From: Camelus ferus
Taxonomy: Eukaryota
Direction of reading: 5' to 3'
Assembly (NCBI RefSeq): GCF_009834535.1
Contig: NC_045710.1
Location: 16,492,001-16,556,000 of the forward strand
DNA length: 64,000 nucleotides
Shown here: piece after piece, positions 11,414 through 23,159 of the stretch
How positions within the stretch are numbered: the first letter of the stretch is position 1
Layout of the letters: each line of letters opens with the position of its first letter
Notes under the pieces: model-generated
What the model was told of the DNA's origin: nothing
What the model saw: only the letters and a program-made list of their open reading frames with translations
The model's database searches: none
Position numbers and translations under genes: made by a program

Positions 11414-11535
11414 CTCTCGTTAATGTTGTCTGTTCGGAGAGTGTAGACCCGGTCAATGTGAGAAATGTGGAAGACAGGCTCATCGCTGGAAGGGTCTGTG
11501 GGCAGTTTCACCAAGGCTTCATTCAGGAAAATGGG
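11414..11535 (-). CDS. ITSN2: ITSN2 exon, PH domain ([15 protein letters not shown]...TDNINE)
   Basis: ttctttcag acceptor, AG|gtcagt donor, 122 nt. Confidence 0.97.
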
Positions 11536-12096
11536 CTGAAAGAATTGGGGCCAAAACACAGGCTGTGAAATGGGCCAGGACACTCCACCTGCCTAAGTCC
11601 AGAGAGTCATCTGTTGTGAAGAGCCTTGCTGAGGAGTAGGGAGGTCTAGTTTCCAGAGCCTTATGCTTAGGAGAAAAGAAACTGCCTCTGTTTCGTGAAA
11701 GTAAGTGTCCAGGGGAGATTAGACGTTACTAAACTGGGGACAGGAGCTCTGAGTGTCCACGCCTGCTCACGGGATAGGGTCTCTCCTCCAGGCACTGAAA
11801 CGTGGCCCTCTGTGTCAGCCTCAGTTTTACAGAGAGACCCGATGCTGAATGTGGGCAGACGGGGGATCACATGTCATGTCTGCTGGGGGCGGAGATGGAC
11901 TCAGCTGCAATCCAGCTGGTGGCTGTCAGAGGGCAGTGAAGGCCCAGCCACTCTAGGCTTCTTCCCCGGGAAGTGACAAGGAGGCAGGTGAAGAGTCCCA
12001 TGAGGCCAGGACAGGCTCAAGCAGGAAGGAGGTCCTTAAGGTAAAGGAAACACCTCGTTATGCTCTTGATGCTACTGCCAAAAACATGACGCTTAC

Positions 12097-12312
12097 CGTT
12101 TTATACATTTTGAACTGAGCGTTGGACTTAGAGCTGAAAAGTTTCTCAGAGCCCGAGGAAACAGCAAACTGCTTGACCATGTAGGTAAGAAGCAGGAAGT
12201 CGTTGAAGAGGAACCCGTGCAGCTCCTTATTGCTCTTGGTCTTGTACAGCTTCCCACTGTGCAGCAGCTTCCGGGGCCCCAGGCAGTTGGTGAGCGAGTT
12301 GAAAACAAGTTG
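12097..12312 (-). CDS. ITSN2: ITSN2 exon, PH domain ([24 protein letters not shown]...FKMYKT)
   Basis: ctcttcaag acceptor, ACG|gtaagc donor, 216 nt. This frame is not in the ORF track. Confidence 0.96.
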
Positions 12313-12718
12313 CTTGAAGAGAAAGAAACTGTCACTTTGTAAGTCCCAGCACCCCTGGAGAGGCCCGTGCCCTGGACCTCAGGGAGCTGCGGGAGAGCTC
12401 TCTAGGTGGGAATGTGGCTGTAATCATTCATCTTTACACGAAAGATTCTTACATTTACTTCTCTTCAGAATTCAAACTGGCACAGTGAAACCAATTCCTT
12501 ACAGACCCACAGAATACTGATTCTACCAGCTGAATTAAAAAAACTCGAAACATAAATCTCTTTTTTACAAGAAAGAAGATGACAACCCAAGAAGGGGCAG
12601 AATGGTGAATCCACATGGGCTGAGCTGAGGTGTAGACTGTCTACACTCGGGGAAGGCCCAAACCCGGTTCCCCTGGAGAGCCTGCCCACGGCACCCAGCA
12701 CAGCACCCCAGGCCTCAC

Positions 12719-12886
12719 CTCTGCCAGACTTTCGCACTGAACGTGCATCTGGATCCACTCCAGGCGGTCTGAATTCTCCTTCTCCCGAACCCCTTCATTA
12801 ACTTGAGAGCAGAGCTCCTCTGCCCGTTCGAGGGCCAGTTTCAGAGAAGAGTGGTCTACGTGATTCTCTGGGGTGTTCTCCAGAAT
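12719..12886 (-). CDS. ITSN2: ITSN2 exon, DH end (ILENTPENH...HVQCESLAE)
   Basis: ctcttccag acceptor, GAG|gtgagg donor, 168 nt. Confidence 0.97.
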
Positions 12887-13491
12887 CTGGAAGAGAAGGG
12901 GCTGCATCACGTGGGATGTCCTGTCTTCCACCTGCCCCTCCAGCTGGGTGCTGGGCGCTGGAAACACAACAGTGAGCAAGACGATCGTTTACCCTTGAGA
13001 GGCTCAGGGTTCCATGAGCTCTCGGGATACAAGTGACTCAGTGACAAGAGTGGGGCCAAGTGCTACATGGATCCAGTGCCCTGAGGTCTGCGGGTCTCTG
13101 GTGGCTCTCCGGCTGGGTCTGGGGGGTAGGTCATATGTTAAAGGGCGCCTCTCTACTTCCCCCCAGTAACTTAAGCTGTGTGCCTTTAGGGTGAACCCTC
13201 CAGAATAGACTGGCTGCACCTTTGATAAGTATGTTAACTTGCTGAAGAGCAATGGTTCATGGCATTTTTGGGTTCACTGATCACTGAAAGCGATGAATCC
13301 CCTGCCACGGAAAAAACATAATACATCCGTGTTGTCAGCGTGTAGGAAAATGCATTCCGTTCATTCTGAAGTGACTTCAAACTAATGTTCCAAAGGTAAA
13401 AGGATAGAGGCCAGAATACAACTTTGTGTGGTCCCTCTGGGGCTTAGCGGGCCCGTCAACAGATGACTCCTGTCTGGTCTCCCTGGTCCTG

Positions 13492-13781
13492 CGGGTCCAC
13501 TGTCCTCTATTTACAATCCTAAAATGTGAAAAAGCCCTGAAGGCCTTAAGCTTTTCTCATGACTCATTTGGTAGCAAAACCTGACCTGAGCTGGAGAGAT
13601 GTACTTATTTATTCGACTTCAGCGATTATTCAGGTATTTCACTGCAGGACTACTAACGTGGCGGTCATCAGTGCTGCCCAGGCTTTGCTGGGGTGTCACG
13701 TGACCTGCAGCATTTGAATTACATTCTGAATTCTGGAACACATGTGGCCCCAGATACTTCAGGTAAGGGACTGCGGCTTAA
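13492..13781. mobile_element. Tigger-derived MITE (MER46C-like)
   Basis: gggtccactgtcctc...ctcatttggtagcaaaacctgacctga...ctgaattctggaacacatgtggcccc...taagggactgcgg, with degenerate TIRs. Family assigned from recall. Confidence 0.6.
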
Positions 13782-14389
13782 TGTGTATCAGTGGTCCTGT
13801 TTGGCATAACTGAGACATTAGCCCTGTAACATAAGGTCTGCACTGAGGTGACATGGCTCACACCACCAGTGGTCAAGGCATAATCAATAAAAGCAACAGT
13901 AGTAGTATTTCTACTGTTTTTCTTTGTAAGATGATTAACATTACGTCAGTGATTATTGGTGAGATAGTCCTTTGAAAGCCTGCCTTCTCCTTAGAAGGCA
14001 CATTGGCTCTAGGCCCACACTGCTTACGAATGGAATTTTAGAGGGACCGTGAAGCCAGCAGGCTGAGGTGGGACACAGCAAGGGGATGACGATGACCTGT
14101 TTAGGTCACTGAGTTGGAGATTCCTGGGACATCTAGGGGAGTATTCAGGGGGGAGATGAACTCAGATCTCAGTAGAAAGACTGGACCCCAAGGTTGTACA
14201 AACGGTGGGCTCCGTCTGGGCTCAAGACGGGCTTCGCAACTGGAGACGTAGAGGACTTTGCCCTGCCTCGACAACACACACTCATGACCCTGAGAGGCCA
14301 GGGGGAGGACAAGTAACCCAAGTGACCCTGGATATGTCTTTTATTTGCCACATCACGGATTTATCCCTTCAGACTGCATGTGTTCATAG

Positions 14390-14471
14390 GTGCGTGCACA
14401 GACACACACACACACACACACACAGACGCGTGCACACACGCACACACAGACGCACACACACACACACACAC
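14390..14471. repeat. Compound (CA)n/(CG)n microsatellite
   Basis: Read directly: gtgcgtgcacagacacacac...gacgcgtgcacacacgcacacacagacgcacacac. Confidence 0.95.
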
Positions 14472-14598
14472 TTGGGGCCCGGTCCATCAGACACTAGAGT
14501 CAGACCACATGGAGGGGTGGCTGGCATACTTGGAGGCTCCCTGACTATCAGCCTCCGTGGACCCTGAAGGGTCCTGCGTCCCCCAGCCGGGCACTCAC

Positions 14599-14697
14599 AC
14601 TTCTGATGAGGAGCGGGTAGCGCGTGATCCTCTGCATGGGCTTCAGCAGGAAGCTGGACAGGGGCATTCCTTTACATCGAGGGTCAGATGCTAGCTT
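14599..14697 (-). CDS. ITSN2: ITSN2 exon, DH domain ([33 protein letters not shown])
   Basis: ttgcag acceptor, AGT|gtgagt donor, 99 nt. Contains the DH signature [14 protein letters not shown]. Confidence 0.97.
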
Positions 14698-14889
14698 CTG
14701 CAAAATAATTGAAAGGCTCATGAGGAAATCATAGCCTCGAGGAAAACACTGGAAATGTTGGCTATACTCCTGACTTTGACCGGCTTTTAGATTTCTAATT
14801 TCTTTCTAAAACTCAGGATCCAAAATGATATGTATCAGACTAACAGCAGGAATATTCCACCTCATGTGCTAAACCCAGAGGATGCTTTC

Positions 14890-15670
14890 CAGTCCTTTCT
14901 TGGGGCATCTGACAGTCTGTGTGACCCCTCCCTCTACTGCTTCCAGAACCACTCTCTCAGCTGTCTCCCAGCCCACAGACCTTTGCGGTCTTCCTCTCTC
15001 CTTTCTTCCCCTCTGCCCGCCCCAACTGTAGGTGCTGCCCAAGATCCCCTGCAATGAGTCCCAGTGTAACCCAGCCCATCGCTGGGGCTCCACACCTGCC
15101 GGATTACTCTCCTCACCTGATGTCCCAAAGCACCTCGATACCTCAACATACTCCAAAATGAAGTCCTCGTCTTCCCTCATAAACGCATTCTCTTCTACTT
15201 CTATTCCTACCTGAGCTGGGAGCACCATTCACACCCACCCACCTTCACACACACATACACACCTACGAGTCACCACTGACGCCAAGTAAGTAGCTCTTGG
15301 TCTCCCTCCTGCTCATCACCCCTGCTTCATCAGCAATAATTAGAACCATTTACTGAGCACCCACTATGAGCCACACTCACACTGTCCCTTCTACTCTTCT
15401 TTTACTTGACTAATTCATACTCATCTCTGAAGACTCAGATTACCCTCCTCTTGTCCTGGCTCTCCCTTTCCTTGACGCCTCCCCTCCTTTCCAGTGATCC
15501 CTCTCAAAGCCCATAAGAACCCATGGCTTCCTTTATCATCACACCACATCTGGACTGGGTAACATGGGTGGGTGTCTCTATGACCTCCCACCCAGACTGT
15601 TAACTCCAGGGACCACACTTGCTTCCTTCTACTCCCAGTACTAGTTCAGGACCTAACAGAGTAGCTAGGA
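14890..15670 (+). mobile_element. Degenerate L2 fragments
   Basis: Pyrimidine-rich text resembling L2 ORF2 and 3' end (cacctcgatacctcaacatactccaaaatgaa; taactccagggaccacac). Confidence 0.5.
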
Positions 15671-15683
15671 TGCTAAGATGATC

Positions 15684-15778
15684 TTTCTTTCTTTTTTTTA
15701 ATAGAGGTACTGGGAAATGAACCCAGGACCTCGTACATGCTAAGCATGTACTCTATCACTGAACTATTCCCACCCCCC
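15684..15778 (-). mobile_element. Camelid tRNA-derived SINE (short tail)
   Basis: atagaggtactgggaaatgaacccaggacctcgtacatgctaagcatgtactctatcactgaact. Confidence 0.85.
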
Positions 15779-16377
15779 AGGATAATCATTTTTAATGACT
15801 AAAAAAATGCATTTATATATAATTTACTTAACCTTTTTCCATTATGGCATATTAAAACTGCCCCCTCCTTTTGTTTTGGGATATATCTATACATGTTTCT
15901 ATGACAAGCACCTTCATGATATTTATTTCTATATTTTCTGGGTCTTTTTAAAAAGTAACATTTTAGAACACGGCTTATTGTTAGAGTTTGCTTTTTAATG
16001 TAATCAATGCCATGCCTTTCATCACGAGACAATGCACTTTTATTTTTACTACTGTTACAAATGTAATGACACTGATGTCCTATTTACATTATTTTTATCA
16101 CTATTTGAAAAAAATTTATAATCTTTTCCTATACTTTAGAAGGCAAAAGTCCTATATTTAATTCTACTATTGATTATTTTTAAATATTCCCATGTACTCA
16201 CAGTTCCACATTTATCTGATTATTGTGATTAATGTTTGTTTCTGTGATCTTGGTTTCTTTCTGTTTCTTCTAGTTCATTTCCAGGCAACCCCTTGCCTCC
16301 CACCAATTGGAAGGTTCTGTCCTCAGTGCCTTATACTGAATGATTTTTGCATCCTTGAGATCATCATAAGAGAAATA

Positions 16378-16550
16378 AAATTAGCATTTACTGAATGCTT
16401 ATTACGTGCTGGTCTCTGTGCTAAAGTACTTAAAAAGTATTATCTGATTATCTCCGGATTATAGATGAGGGGAATGAAGGCATCAAATGTTGAGAAACGT
16501 GCGCTGCTCACACAAGTGGACAGTGATGGGCTGGGATTTCAGCTGGAACA
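16378..16550 (-). mobile_element. MIR
   Basis: agcatttactgaatgcttattacgtgctgg...atagatgaggggaatgaaggca. Confidence 0.65.
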
Positions 16551-16650
16551 GTCCGTTTCTAAGCCTGTCTTGTTCTAAGCATGATATTATGTTGCCTTCT
16601 GGCATGATCCTATTTGTTTATGATAGACTCTTCATGAAATGCTTAATTTT

Positions 16651-16754
16651 TTTTTTTGGAGGGGGAGGGAGGTAATTAGGTTTATTTCTTTATTTTCAGG
16701 ACCTCGTGCATGCTAAGCATGCGCTCTACCACTTGAGCTATACCCTCCCACTGT
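16651..16754 (-). mobile_element. Camelid SINE with internal deletion
   Basis: Target-site duplication aatgcttaatttt at 16638-16650 and 16755-16767. The B-box segment is missing. Confidence 0.85.
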
Positions 16755-18025
16755 AATGCTTAATTTTATTCACTATTATTTTAATTAAAAGTTTAACAGC
16801 TATATTTATAAAAGGTATCAGGTTATAACTTTTTTTCATTTTTGTAATTAAATACAAATACAAAAACAGGCCTTGGGGTCAGAGCCACTTTTGCCTTATA
16901 CAATGAATTAGGTAGGCTTTCTATTTTTTTCTGTGATCTGCAACAGTTTATATAATACGAAATGATCTATTCCTCTGTAGCTGTCAAGAATTCACCATCA
17001 AATCCATCAAGTGAAACTAGCTCCTCTTTTGGGATAAGTTACTCAGTTTTTTCCCTTGGTTAATAGTATCTTTAGATTTTCTGTTCTTATTGAGCCAGTT
17101 TTCAAACTTTAATAGAAAACAAGTTTTCTTAATGCTTTCACAGTTATTAGCATATATTTTTAAATTATATACACTTTTACTTTAAGAAATAACTTTGTGT
17201 CTATTCTTGTTTTTACTTGTGTTTGTTTTTTCTCTTTTTCTATTAGATTTAGAGTTATTTTTTATCAGTTCTTTTCAGTGTATCTGTTCGTGGATATATT
17301 GCTGTCATTTGTGCTTTTATCTTTAATAGTTTCTCTATTTTGCTTTAGAATTTTATCTCCTCTGCCTATATATCTTATATATTGTTTATTTTTCCATTCT
17401 CTTCTGATAATAAAAATATGAAAATTATGCATTCTCCCACAAAGAACTGCTGGGGCTGTATAATACATCCCGATATGCAGTACTTCACAACCAAAAAAAC
17501 CTAGTAAAAATGCAAAAAAAGCAGGAAAATCGATTTCTTCCTAAATTTTCCTAACCATTTTATTAACACATATGGTAACAATAGTTTCTATTACTGAGCA
17601 ATATCAATGAAAAGGACTTCTCAAAATGTGATTTTTGTTATGATAACCAGACATACGAGGCTCATTGCTGTATCACTGTAAGGATGTTGATTCATTATAT
17701 TATGTGTAGTGAATGTGTACACAGTGTACTTGCTGAGCACAGTTCTAACAATACAGTTCTAACACTACCTGCTTGTTTTAATTTATGACCAGGGCATCAT
17801 GGAACAGACCATTTCCTCTGTCTTCTCACTGGTTTCTGGAAGGTGAATGACACCTGAGGACATGTCTTACATGTGTGCAGGATCACAGATATGCTTTTTG
17901 TTCATTACTCTAATTTCTGATGTCTCCATTTTTTTCCTACTCATAAGGGCATTTCCTTTTGTCCCATTTTATTCGTCCATTTATTTTATTTTTTTAAGTT
18001 TATTTTAATTTTATTTTCTGCAGAC

Positions 18026-18181
18026 TTTTTTTTGGTTTTTTTTTGGAGGGGTAGATTAGGGTTTGTTTGTTTGTTTGTTTATTTATTTATTTATTTATTT
18101 ATTTTAAATGGAGGTACTGAGGACTGAACCGAAGACCTCATGCGTGCCAGGCATGCATTCTGCCACTGAGCTATACCCTCC
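18026..18181 (-). mobile_element. Camelid SINE with (TTTG)n(TTTA)n tract
   Basis: ggaggtactgaggactgaaccgaagacctc...ccactgagctataccctccc. The flanks share ccatttatttt. Confidence 0.85.
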
Positions 18182-18570
18182 CATCCATTTATTTTAAATT
18201 TTATTTTATCTTATTGCATTTTATACACCTAAGTAAGATATTTTATTTTTTCTTGAATAAGATAGGTATAAAATAAATACAATTTACAAAATTAAGAAAG
18301 TGACATTCTGGATGTTTTTTGAAGTATAAAGTAGCTGACTTACATAGGCTTAAAAAAAAACACTCTGCTATTTAAGATGGGCAAGAGCATGGTCCAAGAA
18401 AAATCAATTCAACACAAAAGGCAACTCAAAGCAATCAGAAAATTCTTTGCCATATTTGTGTTTCCTCTGGAAAGTGATGAGGATATGCCATTCTCCACTG
18501 CTGAGATTCCCCACCATGCCTCCTGGCTCAGAACAGGGTCGGCCTGCCTACATTCCCATAATGGAGTTAC

Positions 18571-18754
18571 CTTTAAAAATTCTTTAAAGTCCGCGTGTTC
18601 ATCTGTCTTCTGCTGTAACAGAGCTGCTCCATTCAGCTGACAGCTGCAGAACCGGATGTAAGCCTGCATGTGGGACAGCTCAGCCGCCAGGATGTCTCCA
18701 ATCATCTGCACGGGCATCTTCTCACCCCCGGTCTTCTTCCGTACCCGCAGGGCC
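18571..18754 (-). CDS. ITSN2: ITSN2 exon, DH domain ([20 protein letters not shown]...DFKEFLK)
   Basis: ggttgcag acceptor, AAG|gtaact donor, 184 nt. Confidence 0.97.
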
Positions 18755-19633
18755 CTGCAACCAACACACTCTCTCACTTCCAGTTCCGAAGTGAATGCCC
18801 TTGGTAAATGAAGGATGAGTATCTTGGGAGATCAACGTAATGACAACCAGTGAGTTACCTAAAAATCTCTGGTACCATGAGGGGAAAGTCAGAAGGAGGC
18901 AGCAAGGGCCTTAAACCTCGGCCTGCCAAGCCAGCCTGGGTGAACTGTTAGCAAAGAAGAAAATGAAGTCTACGCACTTGAGTGTTTCTGGGTCTTTGGA
19001 ATTGTTTTGGTTTCAGCTTAGTTTCTTAGCAAATTTTCTGATCTGTTGTCGGCTGAACCAAGAAAGAAACTTCTGCCCTCTGTAGGGGAAAATAGGAAGC
19101 AGGAGCCCACAGAGGCGAAGTGTGGAGGTGAAGGCGGGAACCGTCCCCAGAGTGCGGTTGAGCCCCAGGGAGGGCGGACGGACGGCGGGCGCTGGGACTG
19201 TGCGTGCCTCCGCCAGGGAGTCAGTCCTCACGGGCATGAGGGATGGAAAATCACCCTAAGGAATGGAATTTCACACTGGACTTAGGAGACTGCCAGGCCA
19301 GCCAGTCATTTTGGGGCCACGAACTGCAGCTTCTCTCCTGACTCCATCTGATACAGAGTCCAGCATATTCTGGAATCATATGTTAATGTATTGTTTAATG
19401 ATTTAATTTTTTCTTAGCTTAATCAAGTATTTTCTTATTGTTATTTTTCTTTACTTCAATAATTATGCATTTTACAGTTAGAGAGCATTTCATAAAATAA
19501 TAATAAAATAAAAAGCCTGAGGGAACAAAAAACAGTGACAGCTGTCTGTTAAGCGGCCCCGGCTGCCGAGTGAGGTGAGATCTCGGTCCTGGGCGGGGGG
19601 TGCCCGCTGTAGTGACGGGCGACGCTGACTCAC

Positions 19634-19740
19634 TTCAGCAGCTTCGTGTTAGACATAATGAGCTCCTTCCAGTTAACAAAGATCAAGGCCATTTCTCCTT
19701 CGGTGAGGAAACCTGGCTCCGCCATCCGCTTCTGAAAAAC
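19634..19740 (-). CDS. ITSN2: ITSN2 exon, DH domain ([36 protein letters not shown])
   Basis: gaatttag acceptor, AA|gtgagt donor, 107 nt. Confidence 0.96.
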
Positions 19741-20284
19741 CTAAATTCAGAACACAAGAGAAAGAAGTCAGCTTAAGTGCAGTACACAGCCTGTGTGGGC
19801 TAAATGACACAGGACCGGCACATGCAGAAACTAAGATCATGGCACTAATAAATATCGTGACTGTTAAATTTCAAATTGCATAGTTTCCCTATTTTTTGCT
19901 ACTTCGGCTCCTATCAGGGCTGATTGTGAGGACTGAATCCAGCAGTCTCATCAAGAGGAGAGTCTCACACCTACCCCACACCTACTTCACACCTACCTCA
20001 CACGTGTGTCCTGGGAGCTATACAGGTGAAATAAACCCCGGGCATAAAGCCCCGACACGCGGGAAGGGCCCGCAGGACTGCTGTCAGGTGGGGCACCTCC
20101 GTGTTCTGGAAGCAGTTTGTGAGAAGTGCAGCAAAAGGAACAGAGATGACTCACCCTACCCCCAAGTCTGACCACCAAGCCGTGTGGACCTCAGAGGCTG
20201 GCTGACTGAAGGAGACTTCATGGAGCTCTGACACGCACGTACATGCACACGCTTGTGTGTGTGTGCGCGCACGTGTGTGGGTTT

Positions 20285-20450
20285 CTCAATTAATCTCATG
20301 ACAATGTAGGTCATACTAAGTCAGGTATTATTCCCAACTGACCCATGAAGAAATAAAGGCTGAGAGAGTGATGGGCTCCAGGTCACAAAGCTAGAATACG
20401 GAGGAGCCAGAACTAAAACTCAAGTCTTTTTCATTCTAAGTCCAAGTTTC
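20285..20450 (-). mobile_element. MIR
   Basis: taatctcatgacaatgtaggt...catgaagaaataaaggctgagagag...ggtcacaaagctag. Confidence 0.6.
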
Positions 20451-22231
20451 CACTGAACAACTAGGGAATGACTTTACAAGCCTTAAGGAAGTAGTGAAGT
20501 CATGTGAGACGACCTGCTCATGTGTCATCTCCCCAAAATACACATGACGTTACTCTCTGTTAAAATCGTTTTTAATTAATGTTTACCGCGTTGAGTTGAA
20601 CGTGGATTCAAATAATTCAGATAAAAGTGCTATGAAATGACACTTCTAAACCTCTACAGATCCAGAATCAGATTGAAGATGTGTGGACACTCCTATGAGA
20701 GAGCGCCCTGGAAGGATGGCCAGTTTGCTCTGGGGTTGCTGCCAAAGGACAGGAAGAGCATCTGCTTGTCTGGCTTGTCATTTGCTGCGTGATTTACATA
20801 TTTACATTACTCTATTTATTCGTTCTATTATCTGCTTGGCACCAACCTCAGTGAGGTACGCAGAGGATACAGGGGTCAGGTCCTCTGGGGACCTCCAAGG
20901 GAATCGGAATGAGAGGCCCCTGCCTATGGACAGTGCTTTTCAGCCTAACCCCCTGACCCCAACGTGATGCCTCACCACTCAGTGTCTTATGAGGTGGGCA
21001 GAGGGGGACTAGCTGAGGCCCAAGTGGTTAAGAGACCAGTCTGAAACAGGGCAGGCACCTGGCCCCTGTTCACCTTCTGTGCTGGTCAGAGAGGTGCCTC
21101 CACATCCATTTTCAGTCCCTTAGGACTGGAATCTGGGCAGCAGCAGGGCTGACACTTGTAAGGGTTAATATAAAAAAACAGGTGAGCTTTTCTTCCAGGC
21201 CATCTGTCCTGGTCAGAGAAGTACAGACACAAACACCCATAAATTCAGTACTGCTGGGAAGGCCGTAAAGGGCCAGGCCAAGTGCTGGGCATGAAGGGTG
21301 AAGGACACCCAATCTCTGCCCTCTGGAGCTTACAGCCTTGGGGAAAGTGAACGCTATCAACCGGGAAGGGCGGCAGAGCACACGTGGGAGAGGAAGCGGG
21401 GTACTGTGTCCAGAGACCCTGCCTGCATCCGGGGTAGAGAATGGGGCGGGGGTGGCCTTCCTGGGCAGACGCAGGCCTGGCCTCTGCTCCCTGTGCTGTG
21501 GACATCCCAGCCAGGTAGACGGTGCATCTGTTGGGCCTGGTGGGGACACCTGTGCTCTTTAAGTGTTTTTTGTTTGTTTGTTTTTGTTTTAAACTGGTCT
21601 CATCTGAGGGCGTTCACGCATTTCATGGGAACCAAAAGTCATGGAAAACTAAAGCATTAACAGAAGTATAAAGTCTGACTTTGTTTATTCAAACACAGAT
21701 CATGTAACAGTGCTACTCTAACAGCTCTTGTTGGCTTAGGAGTCACTTGTAACATTAACAGGCACAAACACAAACAGTAAATATATGAGATTTGGGAAAT
21801 ACCTTACAGTATGCTATTTGGTCTTCCAAATTGATACAAATGTTAGGTGAATACTCTCACTGCCTCATAAATTCCTTTGGAAATAAAGTTGATGAAAATG
21901 TTGGGTGTCAGAACAGCAGTGTAATATAGTCAGAGGAAAGTCGGAGGCAGAGAAGTCTGCTTCAGAACCCCCCCACCTACTCCCTACCCTGTTCCCTCCT
22001 CCACGGGGCCTTGACCATCTGACTGAGGCACTGAGTGCCTTCTCTCTCTCTCTTCCCTCTGAATTACCTAATCTGGGAGAAGGACTTGACAACTTCACGG
22101 CCTTTCCAACGGGCAGAGGAAGGCTCTGAGGGTGTGAGGGCGCCCATCACTACCGGTGAGCTCACTGTTGGGGGTGATGTGTCACTGTGAGACCACCCCA
22201 CCCCTGAGCAGCCGCAGAGTGCACCCCTCAC

Positions 22232-22353
22232 CTCCACGACGAGCTGAAGGTCGTCCACGTACCGCTCTTCAGTCTCAATCAGCTCGTGAATGTAGCCCTG
22301 CCTCTTCCTCTCCACGGGCTGCATGGTGTCCAGGGTGTGGAGGTCAGCACACC
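22232..22353 (-). CDS. ITSN2: ITSN2 first long-isoform-specific exon, DH start ([41 protein letters not shown])
   Basis: tttttccacag acceptor, GAG|gtgagg donor, 122 nt. Its first bases GG complete T|GG (Trp). Confidence 0.97.
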
Positions 22354-23159
22354 CTGTGGAAAAACAGGGTAGACTTTCAAAATACTAGTTTCTCCTCCTT
22401 GGAGGAAACAAACTTCTATCAGCGATGTGCTGGGTCTTCAAAAGTTCCCTGGGAAGACCCTCGTGGCCCCTGGAAGGGCACCGGGGCTTCTCGAGCAGCA
22501 TGCACCTGTGGAAGCCGGCTTAACCACTGGCCGCAAACGAGCAACGCCTGGCACAGCTCAATGAGGTCCAAATTTCTTTTCCAAATATGTAATGACAGAA
22601 GGATTTCCAGAAATGGCCTTACAGATCAGAACTCTGCGGAGCTTGTGAAGAATCTACGCTATCATCATCTCAAGACGTTTCCAAAGTATCGTAACGATTA
22701 AGTGCATCAAATGCTTGAGACCAGTGTTTTCCATACTGCCGGGCATGAGCTATCCGTGGGTCATTATATCAGTTGAGATTTAAAAAAACGCTGGTTAGGC
22801 CCAGTGTTAAAAGCAAAATAAAATATTGTAAATCAAATATACTTTAATTTTAAAAAAAGGAAAAAAACAAAATAAAGCAAATAAAGAAAGAAACGGTCAC
22901 GTACACAGAATTGGTAACTATTGTTCTGTGAAAATTTTTAGTTAGGTATGTATTTGAGGATGTAGAATGTATCTCCTACTGTGAGCCCCTGTTTAAAAAA
23001 TATCTGAGAAACATTTCTCTAGATTTCTTAAAATAAAGTGCCCAGTCAGGAAACCTCAAGTCCCCAGGACCCAGCAGTTCCCAGCAGGACCACTGCCTTG
23101 ACCCCCAGAACAAAGAACTGGTGAGGGGATCCTACTACTTCCTCAAATCAGCATCCCCA

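Noticed and set aside
14869-15228. 119-aa acidic ORF (MVLPAQVGIEVEENAF...)
   Set aside because: It is the antisense reading of an L2 relic.
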